NCBI RefSeq assembly: GCF_009914755.1
Contig: NC_060932.1
DNA: 64,000 nt
Origin: the human T2T-CHM13v2.0 reference genome, Homo sapiens
Reading direction: 5' to 3' (one strand)
Shown here piece after piece: positions 20,704 through 35,364 of this stretch (position 1 is its first letter; every line of letters begins with the position of its first letter). The notes below the pieces were generated by a model. That model was given only the letters and a program-made list of their open reading frames with translations, made no database searches and was not told where the DNA came from. The position numbers and the translations under genes are program-made.

Positions 20704-23308
20704 CTCTCTTTATTATTTTTCACAGGACTTGTCAGAATGTGACATATTCTATATGCATTTTATTGTCTACCATCTTAAAATACACATTTCATCAGAGAAG
20801 GGGCTTTTTGTTGTTATAACTCACGGAGGCATCCACAATGCCTAAAATATTGCCCAGCACATAGCTGGTGTTCTTTTAGTATTTCTTGAGTAAATGAAGA
20901 GAAGCCACATGGAATATGAATTACAGTCAAAACAGTTCAAGATGGGAGGCAGGATACTCACTAGTGGCAATCACAATTCTCAAATGTGAGATTATAATGC
21001 CTGATTAGACATTCTTTGAGACAGGAATATAGAAATAGGTTTGGAGAAGATAGGGAATTCATTTCAGAGCATTTCAAGTTTGAGATGCCAGTAAGACATC
21101 CACATGGAGCTGTCTAGTTAGCAGTTGGATATTTGGCTCTGGTGTTCTGATGGGAGAGCTTGGCTAGATGTAAACATTAGAGTCATGCGCAAATAAGTGT
21201 TAGATAAAGCCATGGCCAAAACTGAGATTTCCCACAGGGAAGTTAACTGCAAAGGCTGAGAATGCATCCCTTTAAAATTCCATCTACAGGGAAGGCAGAA
21301 AAAGAACCTGAGATTAAGGAACCAGAGAGGTAGAGAACAAGGAGGAAGAATAACCAGGGTTTTAACGAGTGATCATTCCTTTTTCAGGAAAATGTATGTA
21401 TAGTTTATATAAAGCAGAGGATATCTAATTAGTCAATCTTTCAATTGTAAAGAAAATCTTCTGGGAAAATTTCTGTAACATGTTTTAGTCTGACTTGAAA
21501 GTAAAAAGTAAGAAGTTACTTTTTATTGGATCTTGAGAGACTATGTGATCTCCTCATGTTGGGTTAGCTATAAAGGAAGCACATTTAGAAGATTTAACTA
21601 CAGTCCAAATGACCAAATCCTCACTTCAGAAAACTTGAATTCCTTTAAGCCAAATGGACAGTGGATAAATCACTTCATGTATCGATTTAAAATCAGAATT
21701 ATTCTTTCAATGTGTTTATAAAATTGTATCATAGGACTAACTGTGAAATTCTTAAGTACCAAACCTCATAAAAGCCATTTTCTTAGATTGATGTTCACAG
21801 CATATAATCTGGAGAAGGCCAGCTCTGTCAAACAGAAGGACTAAGCAAATGAAAATAAACTCAGTGAGGAAAGAGAAGAAATGTTTTGAGTAAGTTAGTC
21901 AAGCTTGGAGACACAAAAATCAAAGTAGTTTCATGAAGAATATCTCATGAGGTCTGTCTAATATCAGGAACTCTAGACAAGATCCTTCTTTGAAGACCCA
22001 ACAAGAATTTGCTCCAACTGAGACGGATATTTGGATACTGTCCTTTTGGAACTCCTATGCAAGTTGCCTTGTGAAGGCACGAAATGTCCTAATTGTAAGA
22101 TCCTTTCTTTCCAAAGTTGACCCATCTGTTTTCCTGCCAGCTTTGCCCTGCATTTTCCCATTTTATTAATACACTATTTACTGATGACATTTGGCCAGAA
22201 TTTTGTTAAAATTCAATTACTTTTGTTTTCCTGGTCCTTTTCTGCCCCTGACGTCAAACCTGTCATTTCTACAGAATTTTACTATTTTTACATTCCTGGA
22301 ACCCATAATCTTGACTTTGTTCCTAATTCTTGCCCCTATATTAACTTATCTTAGTATTTTTAGTCTTTCTACCTCTCTCACATTTTGTTCACAATATCTG
22401 TTCATTGTTAGCCATCTAAGATTAGACTTCCATTGAGGTTATTTTGGTAAGTGTTTTTCAAAGACACCACTATATAAAATGTGGTAGACAAGTAAAATTA
22501 TTCTTGGCTCTTTGCCATGAGAAAAATATACAGAGTTTTCCACAAATACCAACTCAGACCTCATAATGTTTCTGTCAAATGAGGTGTGAAACAATCACAG
22601 ATATACATCAACCAACAGATTGAGTATGGGTGTTTTATTTTACCAGAAACATGGTAATACCTATGCTTTAAATCAGAAACTCTGAATGTTTGAGTCCATG
22701 GATTAATAAAGTATTTTTCAAATAAATTCCAGGCAAAGTTTCCAGGGTATTAATGGACCTGTGTTACTAATAAAGTATTAGCAACATCATAATATTTTTA
22801 TAATTGGAATATAATGCTTATAATTTTAGTGTTTCTGAAGCCAGGGCTATTGAAACTTGTCCCAAAAATACCCCAACAAAATAGGCTATTTTGAATTGGA
22901 AAATATTGTGTAATCTCTGAAGTGTATCATCAGATTTTTTAGATTGCTGCAGTACTCCTGTTTTCTCTTCCAAATGTTTCCACACTTAACTATAAAAGAT
23001 TCTTTGTTAGTATTATTTATAGGAATTTATATTGAAATGTTTGCCCTTTTTAAAATCAGAGATTCTTCAATAGAAAAATTTGTGTTTACTCTATGTTATC
23101 ACATCACACCTGGCCCTTTATCACAGGCCTAATTCATTTGTAGTTACTATATCAACTTCTGGTATTTATAAAATATGGGATTGCTATGTAATACTTCTTA
23201 AATTGCTTATTTTTATCACCTGATGACACTAATTTTTAATGACACTTGGATGTCTACTCTGGATCAAGATGTTTTTCTTGGATTAATTTAAGAAAAAATT
23301 GAGCATGA

Positions 23309-23723
<415 letters not shown>

Positions 23724-24354
23724 TCACAGTCTCTAAGAAGCCAGTGTAGTGCTTTCAGTTCTGAAGGAAGCCCATATAGTGTTATGCCAAACTAGGGAGT
23801 GAAGACTTTGAGGCCCCGCTAGGAGTGCCCCGATGAGTCGTGGTGATGGCTAGATAATCAAAAACTCAGACTTAGGGTGGTTTGCTCTATCTAGACTGCC
23901 CAGAAAACTGTGGTTCCTCGTCTCAAATCTCTCAACTGCCTTCTTCTTTTTTACAGAATTCTACTTTCAGATGATTTTAAAAGCCATTTTAAATGTCATT
24001 TTCCTAAGAAACATGAATAAAAGGGATTTATCCATATTGTCAAAGTTTTAGTTAATTTATACTTGAAGTTTACTACCCACAGTTTCAGAAGATCGTATGT
24101 AGTGTTCTAATGAAACGGAATTAAATTAGAAAGCTCTATTTGAGATAAACAGGTGCAATGAATACAAGTTTCCTTTGTAGCTTCTGATCCTACTTGATAT
24201 ATTTCACAATATCTGTCACATGTTGGCTTCTGTTTATATTTGTTGAATGAATAAAATGTTGATCGCTTAACTAAATAAAGCAATGCACAAGTTATTCAAA
24301 TGTGATAGTAGGCAAAACTTTGACCTTTTTTTAATTTTAAAATTTTAAGTTAAT

Positions 24355-24545
24355 TTATTTTTTTCAGCTTTATTAAGGTATAATTGAAAAATTTTAAAGT
24401 CTATATATTTATGATGTACATGTTGTTTTGATATTTTTATACATTGTGAAATGATTAAATCAAACTAATCATAATATCTATCACCTCACATATGAATCTT
24501 TTTGTGTCGAGAACATTTAGGATCTACCTGAAAATTGCTAAGAGA
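24355..24545 (-). mobile_element. L1MA (MA8/9-like) 3' end with an 18-bp inverted 5' piece
   Basis: cagctttattaaggtataattga...tatacattgtgaaatgattaaatcaa...tcacctcacata; then sense-strand ctgaaaattgctaagaga. Confidence 0.8.
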
Positions 24546-27500
24546 ACAGAACTTTTTTTTCTAAATGCAATTAATTTTATGCTATATATAGGCAGTTGAA
24601 ATTTTGAGCAATATATTTAAGACTTCATTGTTTCTGACATGTCACTGAGTCAGTGGCAAGAGTGACAATACCTGTCTCAGTCTCATGCACTAATGAAATG
24701 GAGAGAAATTTTAAAGTATTTTATTTTTTTATCTAAGGATTGCTTCTTTCCGAAGGCAATATAGATTAAGATATTGAGGAACCCTTAAACCTAATATGCC
24801 ATACTGCTTTTCTTTCATTCAAAATGACCAATAACAATAGGCTTAATTTTTTACTGCTTATTATTTATTAAATGATAGAGTTGATGTTATCAAAATTAAA
24901 TCTGAACTCTGAGGAGCAATCCCAGGCAAATGTGAATTAGCAGGCAGCATCTCACCTAACGGAAATGTCGGCTGAATGTGAATAATTTCAGCTTCGTCTG
25001 AGTGCTACAAATGAGCAGCTATTTTAGGGCCAACATTCAGCTAAGGTGTTATCCCTATACTTCTGCTATGCTCTGAAAGAAGAAATACATGGAACATAAA
25101 TATCCAATTACAGAATCTACAGGGCAAATCTACTGAGCCCTGGGACTGCTAAAGTTGAATTCAGGCTACTGGCCTTAGGTAAATCAAAATTTAGCAAAGA
25201 GACTTGAAGTCTTTCTGGATATGAAACAAATGACCCTAAAAATTCACACATGAGCTAAGTTAAGTAAAGGTTTGTTTGTTTTGTGTTTAGAGGCAGGAAT
25301 CTGAGAAGAGAGGAAATTTCAGGTCAAATGGTGGCAACACTTGGGAGTTTTGAAACTCCAGGATATTGACAAATACACAATGCTTCTCTGAGAGTTCTAT
25401 TTGGGGCTCAGGAAGTGTAGGTGACCATTGATGTGGTAGTGATAACAAATGCACAAAACAATCTGCTTTATTTTTTGAACTTGAGATGTTTGGTTAGAAA
25501 GAAATGCAAGCTAAATGTTGAACTCTAAATTTTACCCATTGGGTATGATTGTTGAATGACATCTCAAGGTGTTTGAAGAATTATCATTATTTTTCTTGAG
25601 TGAATTACATTTTTGCAGTGAATTTTAGTTTGGGGATAGACTAATACTATTTCCTAGTAGAAATGTTGGATACAAAATGCGTTAAATTAATTGCAAATGA
25701 AGTTAAACACAATCTGCAGTGTTGTATACTTATGTGCACTGAGGCAGATGAGGATATACTTTAACAGGTGGTAAAACAAAGATGCATTTTGTCTGAGGTT
25801 TTGAGAATTCCTGAAAGTTATAGCTCTGAGTTCTCCGTCTCTCTGCCGTACTGAGAGTTGAGGTTGAGTTGGGGTTGAGTATGGTGGGCTGAGTGTCCTG
25901 ACTGCCCACACTTGAACCACTTCAGTAATTTCTGCAGAACTCAAATGCTTCTACTGCTAGGATTTGGAAGACAAAGGAAAAAACCGCTTTTAATCCTGGA
26001 AATGGAGTCCTTGACTTTCTTCTTGTCCTCTTATCAACTCATTTAAAGCTAAGAAAAATTCTCTTTATATATATTATGTGATGGAAGGTAAAGATGACAC
26101 CCCTAAAAAATCGGAAAAAAAGGAATAAATGCTGTGTAAGAAAGAAATCACCAATAATCACCCAACTTAGAGAAAATAGTCTCACTTCAGCTTCAAAATC
26201 TGTAATGGTACCCTGGAACCTAATGCATAGGCAATAAGAAAATAAGGAAAATCAAGTAGAAAGGGATGTTTTGTGGGTTTGTTATCTTTAGTATATAATA
26301 CACTTTATATAATGAATATATAATTCATTTTACTTTTAGTAAATAATTTATACTACATAATTCATTTACTTTTTAGTATGTGATTCATTTACTTTTATGT
26401 TTTTAAAATTCAAATTTTGAAATGGCTGTCTTTAAGAGCCAGCTTACAAAATTTCTGTAAGTTGAGCAATTAGCTCTCTCTTCAGCAATCTGGAGTAGAC
26501 CATTTACACATATACCACCCCCAGCCCCGGTCCCCACCCAACCCCAAGTGCAGATAAGGAAGGAGAGATAAGATAAGAGCTGGAGAGATACAGCTCCCAG
26601 ATTGTGTGGAAAGAACCAATATGTTGTCTGGAGAGAAAGAAAATCTCCAAAGGGAGAAGTAAGGTGTTTAGCCATGTGAGCCTCAACTTTGAGGTGGAAC
26701 TAAACATCTTCTTTGCTTCTGATTATTATGACTTCTCCCAGAACCACAAGTGAGAGGCCATTCATGAACCACCTTGAAGGAGTCATGTTTTATAAGGTTA
26801 TGTGAATTGTGAAAACAATACCCATGGTTCTCTAAGTTGATTTGAATTCAATAGAACAAATTTTGAAATGGATAAAAAGGGCTTTTATTTGTGGTAGAAA
26901 TTATGTTTTAAAATGACAAGTCCCTGACTGCTACCAGACCCCACTCTTCAGCCTGAAAATGAGCTCCTATAAATAACTGAAATCTGAGAGAATAGAACCA
27001 ATTTCAGAGTGTTTGTGTATCTGCCATACTTATCTTTGTATGTTTCCTTAAAATCTTTCAGTGTCTAGACATATTTATTTCAGTAAATTAGAATATGAGT
27101 TGACTTCTACTTGTGAAACATATGAAATGATGTGAATGGGATGAAAAATGTGTTATCAATTAAAATTTCATTCATGAAATTCTATACAACATGTTCATAA
27201 CATAAATAGCTGCTTGTTTTAATTTTCTCAAGTTAACCTAAATTAAAATGAATCCCAGTAAAACTGAGGCTGTAAAATATTTTATCATGTATTTTATGCT
27301 GATAGTAAATGCAGCAAAATATGTGTAGAATAGCACACCAGGTTCGGACTCTAATTATTTCTCAAGCAGCATCTGTTACGCAGACATTTAAAAAGATTCT
27401 GTGTCAATATTGTATACAATCTAACTTAGGAGGAAGTTCTCTGATGTTGTCATTGTTGATTATTGTAATCCCAATTATCCTTCTCTGGCCTTGTTTATTT

Positions 27501-28273
27501 CTAGTTAATAGTGTTCCCTCTTCTTTTTTTGTTTAGTTTACTTGCTGAATTTTTCATAATATCCTGTACATTCAGAGTTAAAAAAAAATCAGCAAAAATG
27601 TCAGATTTCTTTTTCAATATTATATATGTTTTTTTGTTTTTTGCAATAAACTTAAAATGTATTTACTTTTAGAAATAATTGTGATTAATAATGGGTGATT
27701 CTTTGGCCCAAATTGTTAGAAGTGTAAAGACTTTGTGTGTACAGGAAGTGCTAGCTTTATGAGGCAAGTTATGTTTGCCTTTGAGCTAATATCCCACTTC
27801 AAGCTGAGAATTCCCAGAAGTCATTCACATTTAAAGGGGGAGACTACTTCTAAGATGAATACATCTTGAAGCTCCAAAAGAATCAGCTTTAATGGTGGAA
27901 TGATAGGCCATGGAGCTGCTATTTTGATAATGGGGCCCTAGTGATAGCCACTTAATTGAACAATGTTGATGGTTCCCTATTACAAATGAGATCTCACTTG
28001 TCTGAGACCCAATTCTGTGACCACCAAGCTGAACTGGCTAGAATCCAATGAGGAGTGAGGTGGGGAAAGGTGTAAGAGCACATTAGGAGAGGTTAGCCTG
28101 TTCGTCCTTCTACATAATCACATTAAATTGCACTTTCCAGGTCATAAAATGAGTATTTCCTAATAATTTTTTTAGTTATCAATATACTTTTTAAATGATC
28201 TATGTTGCAGTGACTATGGCTACAGCTGATTGCTATTATGTTCCCATGGCTGGCATCAAAATAGAGCTCTGGG

Positions 28274-28467
28274 TTCAAGACCAGCCTGGCCAACATAGTG
28301 AGACCCCGTCTCTACTGAAGTGGAAAAAAAAAAAAGCCCCAGGCACTCAGGAGGCTGAGACAGGAGTACTGCTTGAGCCCTGGAGTTCAAGGCTGCAGTA
28401 AGCTACTATGGTCTGATGGCACTGCATTCCAGCCTGGGTGACAGAGCAAGAGCTTCTCTCCTAAAAA
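28274..28467 (+). mobile_element. 5'-truncated, internally deleted AluJ
   Basis: gagttcaaggctgcagt AluJ diagnostic; TSD aaaatagagctctggg/aaaatacaactctggg. Confidence 0.85.
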
Positions 28468-28921
28468 AAAATACAACTCTGGGAGGCTAACTGAAGAAAG
28501 CGATTGCTGATTTGTTGAATACGTATGTGGTTCCCTTTTTCTAGACAATAACAGCAGTACCCATGCACAAGAATGTAGTTTGTGATGACTGCTCTTGCAA
28601 TAAAGTATTTTGTGTGTGTACATAAAGTATTTTATATAGCACGTAAGCATTTATTTGTTCTAGGCAATTATCTGAGGCTGTGAAGTTCAAAGAATTGTGC
28701 AGATGTATCCCAAAATAGCATCTTCCCACAAAGACCAAAAGGTGATGACGAAGGATCCTCTTAGTGTGCAACAGTTAACTATTTCTTATTCTCCCATGTA
28801 GCCGGGGAGGGTTTTTACAGACATTAATTCATAAATGAAAGACAGTTATGATGCCATGTGGTGCAAAGCTAATTGCTCTTCTGAAATAAGTGAAGTTGAG
28901 ATGTTTGATCCAATCCTAGAG

Positions 28922-29102
28922 CAGAGGTTCTCAAAGTGTCATCCCTTAACCAGGGGCATCATAATTACCTAATAGCTTGTTAGAAATACAAATTCCCTGG
29001 GCCCCACTCCAGACCTACTAAATCAAAGGCTCTGGGGCCAAGCCTCTGCCATCTGTATTTTATTAATAACAAGACTTACATGGTAAGATTTGAGAGCCAC
29101 TG
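28922..29102. mobile_element. MER5A hAT-Charlie MITE
   Basis: TIRs cagaggttctcaaa / tttgagagccactg; 8-bp TSD-like tcctagag/ctctagag. Confidence 0.88.
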
Positions 29103-29590
29103 CTCTAGAGCACTCCTTGCCATCAGGAAAAGGATAGAAGTTAGTTAATTGGCAGCCAAAGTATGTTAGGTATGAAAATGATCAGAGAGCATTGACCTAA
29201 GACAGGCTCAGACATTTAGCTTTTCAGGCCACCTTATCTTGGATAGCTCAGACCTGGTGTTCTTTCTCTTTCCCCGTGGTTGTCTCCTATTTGAGAATTC
29301 ACTCTGGCTTAAGCCTCATCCTGGCCTTGAGGAGTCCAAACCTTGATTTGATTCCCAGTTCCTGTCATCTTATCCAGCTCTGATTCTGATTTACAGACAT
29401 TCTGGCCTTATATCAGCTCTGCCCAAATCCCAGAGAGCAAAGCTTTAGACTCAATCTCTCTGTAGTTTCTTCCTGCTATATTGCCACAAATTCACCACTG
29501 TCTCTGAAGACACTCTTTGCAAAGTTAAAGAGGCAACACCTGGCCGTAGGATGGAAGAAGGCAGAAACCTTTTTCACTCACCTCTCTATC

Positions 29591-29807
29591 CAGTGAGATG
29601 CTAATAAATGTTTAACAACTGATTATTTAAAAAAGCCCTGATTTGTAGTAGTTGATTTCTGTGGTGTAAGTACTCCCAACATAGCTGATTCAAGTTACCA
29701 GTCGATGACCCTGGTAGCTGCGATGACACTGAACACAGCTAGAGTTGGGAAGAGATGTGCACAGTTGGCTCTGCAAGCCTGTGGGAGCTGGCTCCAGGAC
29801 AGCACAG
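29591..29807 (-). mobile_element. MER63-like hAT-Blackjack element
   Basis: aaatgtttaacaac...gagttgggaagagatgtgcacagttggctct...gctggctccag. Confidence 0.7.
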
Positions 29808-32801
29808 CCTCCATTCCCACCCTCTACCCAAATCCCTGGAAAGAGAGGGTGCTGGTAAATAAATATTTAGTAAATGAATAAAAATGGAGAGATCAGTGCA
29901 AACCTTTAACCACCACCGGGAAAGCAACTCAAGGTGTGTGTGTCATTGGTGAGGAAACATGGCATCTATATATGCGGGTAGTACATTTTGCTTTACATTC
30001 TTATTCAGGCTTGAAGAATAAACAGTTGACATCAAATTGCATAAACATTTGTCACATAATAAAAAACAGCTATGCTCTTGTAAATAGCTATTCTAACTCA
30101 TCCCAAAATGATTCAGTACATGTAATTTAATAGTTGTATATCATTTCAAGGCAGACATGGTCTATATTTTAACTTGTGTAAGTGTTTGAACTTGTAATTG
30201 AAGTGAGATAATTAAATTGGTGAGGCTGGCATTTGTAGACATAACTTTTTCCCTCTTTTTGGCTCTTCCTAAGGACATGCAATGTGATACAGAACTCACT
30301 ATTTAATAGAGGCCTAGTCCATTTCATTTAAAATTAGCAAGGGCTCATGTGCAAAGAGTCATATTTAAAATTTTTAAATATTTATCAATAAAGATTTCTC
30401 CCTGAACTGCAAAGGCAAATAGTATTTATTTGCCAAATGTTTTCAGAATAAATGCTTATTCTTTAATAGAATTTTAAAACATGATTTGAGAAGAAAGTTA
30501 TGCTTTTTTTTCCCTCTTAAGAGTAGGAGCTGATTTTTTATGACTTCAAAACATGTATTTTGACTAGGAAACTTTTGTTAACTTCTCTGCAATTAGATAA
30601 TAGAAATCACCGCTGTTCCTCATTCCTCTGCTCAGTGCTTCCACTTTTTAAATGCTCCCCGTAGGTGTTCATGTTCACTGGTATTTTCTTTCAACAATTC
30701 CTGTAAGTTACCCTTTCTTTGTGGATAAGTAAGAGTTTGCAAAACTTTACACCCTTATTCTTCAATTAAATACCGACATGGAATGGTGGTGTCGAGCATG
30801 CTAATCAGCAGGACCTCCCTGTGGGAATCTGTGCTAGAAGACTGGTTCACATTGAAGGCAGACAGTACTGTTGACACTGGCTGTCAAAAAGGTTTCACGT
30901 CTTTGAAAGGAAATCTTAATCTTCTTTATTCATGTGTGAACAGGTCCAGGCCCCCATCCCGGGACTCATATGCATTGGCTGTTTAAACTACAGGTTGCTA
31001 GGCTTTGGGCTAGAGTCTGTTTGCCTGTGTCTAGTTCCTCCAAATGGATGAGGACTGAAAATTAAAATCTGTCTGACACAGACCATGGCTTTTCAGTCTC
31101 TGTTTGAAGAGACATGGCAACCTAGGGCGAAATGAAAAGGAATTTTATTGAGCGCAAAACCACTCGATGTTTAAATGTTGGAGGCAGGAACTGAATGGTG
31201 ATTTGGGGTAACTCGTAGATTGTTTATAGACAGTGGGATGGCTGTCAATCAAGGCACAAAGGCAAAATTTGTGTCAGAAAAAAAAGTGCTTTTCTAGTGG
31301 CTGAAGTCTTGTTTCCTGTTAACAGTCTCAACCCCAGAAATAAAAAGCTTTTTTTTTTTTCTTGAAGTTTCCAAGCACACAAATTTCAGAATAACAGAGA
31401 TGCCTTACTGATCTGGGTGGCACAGTTTAAGGCTAAGTTATGCCCAAAAGACCTCCTATGGAGTTTCTCTGCTGCATTTGAAATTTCTTCGTTTTGGTCA
31501 TAACTTGTTTCTGCAGTTTTCACAAATAGAAACAGAAGAAGCAAAGATGTAATCACCAATTGGAAATCATCAAAGATATTTGGGGCCATATATACTGTAC
31601 CACTTTAATAACCTAATTCAAAAAGATCTTAGGCATACATTTGATTTTATTTTTAGAACCCATTTCTTCCTAGAAATTAGGCATTTTCTTGAGTGCTCTT
31701 TTATATCATTAAATAAACATTTTCATTGTTAACACTGGTAGTGTTAACAAAATATATATATCTTTTGAAAAATTAGCAATACAAATTAGAATTTTCAAAA
31801 TAAGTTTTTACTTTATGCTCCTAGAGAAATTTCAGGGCATGCAAGTAATATATATTACATTAACCTGGTGGGTAGTTAAATGTGTTTCTTCATCTAATGT
31901 AAAAAAATCTAGATTTGAGATTTTATTCAATAATGATAGATTCCAATGGAATCTTGAATTCTGTCAGTATTTCTTAGACTTCTGTGCATCTATAGCAAGC
32001 TTTTCCTACATATATAAAGATAACAGGGCTGGCTCACCAGTACGGAAAGACATGTCTGTTGGTGCACTTTTAAGATGGTGGTAGATTTGCTCTGTTGGGT
32101 ACACGCTTCAACCCAACTCTGTTTTCAGCTGACACCATGCATTTGTCAAAGGACTGTTCACGGATTTCATCCGTGGCAAGAGGAGCACAAGAGGAAAGAA
32201 CATTAGCAAAAATCTTCTCTTGTTATTTTTGGTTTTAAGGAGTGCTCATTAATCATATTTGTTGTTTCCTACCAACTCTGACCAATTTGAGAAATAGCCA
32301 AAGGATCAGGTTGGAATAAAAAGTTAGGCAAAGCCAGATTGGAGAACAAAGTTTATTTCCGAGAAAGCTCAATCAAGTTTATGACTACTTCCCTTGACAG
32401 AATTTTCTTCTCTAGTACCTCCCTGAGTAAATCAAAATGTTGGTGAAATTTCTTGCTTTATGGCTGTGAGTAGGTTTGCCAGATGGGTAAAATAAGAGGT
32501 CTCTGATAACTGGAGAAATTTCACAGAAAGCGGCCTGGCATGGGGCTGGGGTGAGGAGGCAGAGGAGATGTATCAAATATCCTAGAGGTACTTTGGTTGG
32601 CTTGAGCAACCATCAGAATTACTGGAAAATTGAATGGATATTTAATCCATCCCATCCTTTTTATCCAATTTGGTCATTTTCACCCATAATAAGAATGACA
32701 GGGGAAGAATTGGAATCATATGGCTGGGATTCTTCTCCTAGCCCCCACATGAAGAGCACTAACACCCAGATTCCCTGACTCCTGTCTGTTTTTTTTCCCA
32801 C

Positions 32802-33305
32802 AGGCAAAGTCTTTCTCCTTAACCAAAGTTTAGTCAGTTCCTCTGAGCCCTCTTCTCAACTAGGCCTGGACCTTGGGCTTCAGTATCAATCCCATTGGGC
32901 CTGCTGGGCCTACATCACTCAGTTTTAGCAAGAATTCTGCTAAGTCAGTTTAGAGAGTATCTCCTACCCTTGATATCTGCTACACCCTCAGTATCAAATT
33001 CTTCATTTCTCACCATCCCCCAATGACATCTGATCACTCTGACCTGCCTTCAGCAAAAATTCTGTTAACTAAGTTTAGCAAGAATTCCCTCTGCCCTTGA
33101 TGTCACCTCTTAGTAATTTTCTTATCCACTGAACATCCTCCCCTCACAACCTGTTCTTCGGTTATAAATCTCCAGTGGTCCTTGTTATCTTTGTAATATT
33201 GAGCCTAGTTTTATACTAAGGTCTATTTTCCTCTATTGCAGTTGTTCCTGAATAAAATCTATTTTTACCTTTTTAACTACTGACCAGCTCTAGTTTTCTG
33301 TAACA
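32802..33305 (+). mobile_element. MER31-like ERV1 solo LTR
   Basis: ttctccttaaccaaagtttagtcag...ctctgagccctcttctcaactaggcct; repeated gtttagcaagaat; AATAAA at 33251; ends taaca. Confidence 0.8.
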
Positions 33306-35364
33306 CCAGCACCTCAAGCATCTCTATCAGCTATCCAGTGGGAAGAGATAAGAACATTCCTCGTCTATCCATGAAGCAGAGAATTACTGGCTTCATTCCT
33401 CTGAGGAAGTCCCTAAGACTCTGGAAGTGAAGATAGGTTTCTATGCAAAGTCTCAATGCTGATTAAAAAAAAACTGCAGGATGGGGGCTACAGATATTGC
33501 TAGAACCAGAACTGCAAAGAATTGCAAAATCCTTGCAATTTTCCATAGCCCCTTCAAACCTCCATAGTAAAGGAAATTTAATGGCCCATGCATATATATT
33601 TCCTCAGGAACTTGGAACAGCAGAGTTACCATGTCTTCATGTTGGCATTTTGGATTATTAGTTTTGGCTAATTTAAGGTTATTAAATCCCCCTTGAGCTT
33701 CAAGGAGGGCAAAAAAAAAATCATGAATGTAAACAATGTTAATACAGTAATAATAATGTGGACTCCCTGGGGATTAGGAGGAAATATTTAACATTCCAGA
33801 AACAAAAAGTTTCTTGAAACAGATTCTTCTTTATGGTATGTGTGTGTATGGTGGGGGGGGGGGGCAGTGTTGTAACAAAACTGTCTGCTGCCTTTCAATT
33901 TTCTTGTTCCAATGCTATTACTACACCCTTCAGGAGTTTTCTGTGCTACCACTCATTCATTGCTCCCTAAAAACCATAATTTACTATGTTATCACAAAAG
34001 ACTGGGAGAGGTTTGCATCCTTGGACAGGAAAACCACTCTTGTCTCATTTCTTGTCTCATTACATCTGCTGTCTCTGGACCCACACATATCATCTTTCCT
34101 CATTCTTAAGAAAATGGAAAGTGTTTGAGTGATGTAAAGACCCTGATTTCCTGGGTTTCTCTAGATTTTTATTTCTGGTTATAAATCAACCTTAAAAAAT
34201 TAATCCAGCATTTGAAATTATCTATGACATTACTATTGATTCCATCCCATCTTATAAAGGTTACTTTTTCCCCAGCCTAGACAACCTAAAGACCTTCTGA
34301 ATAGCTACAATGCAGACAGAAATGAAAATCAAAGTAAACTATCCCAAACTACAGATGCTAGAAAAGAAAAAAATTATATTAGGTTTTTCATGTTTCAAAT
34401 CAAAGGCAAGTTTTTTTTCTTAAAAACAAAACTGAATATGAACTTCTGTATATTTCAAATTTATAGACTGTAATAGATAATTTTTGAACCAAAATGATAA
34501 TATCACTGAATATGCATCTGTGGAAAATGATCCTGACCCGTCCCCACACATTTCCCCATATCCACCCCTGGCCCCATCCCCAGCCAGAATCCTCTGAACA
34601 ACAGGAAAGGGGACCAGAGCACAAGCATCTTATCTTTGGCCAACCATCACATTTATTCCCTTAGTTGGTTACATTTTTAGAATTTTTGACCCTCGGTATC
34701 TGTTTCTTATCATGGCTTCCATCAGTACTTTCCCCAGTGCCTTGGGCATCTTTTGATTTCCACTGTCTCTACTCTCACTCAGGAATTTCCTTAAAGCTTT
34801 GTTAAATAATACACTGGGCTAAACATCAGGACCTAATATGGTTGGGTTTTCCTTGCTTTGTGAGACAATAGCATCATTTCTCAGATTCTACATCTATCTA
34901 GTTGATCCTTACAGAAGTCCTGTTGAATACTGAAAAGAGAACAAACATTCTTCCTCTATGTGCAATGGAAAAAGGTGTGAATAAATAACTCTGGTCTAAG
35001 ACCTAACAACCTAATGATCCAACTCTCCCATAGATGAAACTTCAGACAGGGCCTTGACCTTTCTGGTTCCTTTCAGTCACAAGAACAGACTCATTTAAAT
35101 GATTAAGAAGTCTGATCTTAATATTATCATTTCAGTTTTTATCCAATGGAATACTCCTTCATTTCCCCAGCTTGGGGTCACTTTAGGCTTAAAAGCTTTG
35201 CCCACTCTAGTCCCTGAAGCTGGTATTGGTTTGGAGTTTGTGTGGATGGGTGAGTGAGGGGTTAGTTGAAATTTGGGGTGTTGGCTCTTACTTCATGTGT
35301 CGGTTCATAGGTGCACTGGAGATCCAAGTGGGAAACTCTGACCACAGTTCCCTTAGTCTGGCAG

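Larger units (their letters stand above)
19914..21370 (-). mobile_element. Continuation of the antisense L2, interrupted by MLT1 and a sense L2 tail
   Basis: aaggattttgagaagcagagtcacatg; gtttgagatgccagtaagacatccacatggagctgtctagttagcagttggatatttgg (L2 motifs). Confidence 0.6.

Noticed and set aside
26318-26400. Degenerate attcattt(t)actttt repeat
   Set aside because: Ordinary AT-rich low-complexity slippage.
33852-34585. G-quadruplex candidates (G run at 33852-33864; C-tracts at 34542-34581)
   Set aside because: Common motifs with no supporting promoter or CpG-island context.
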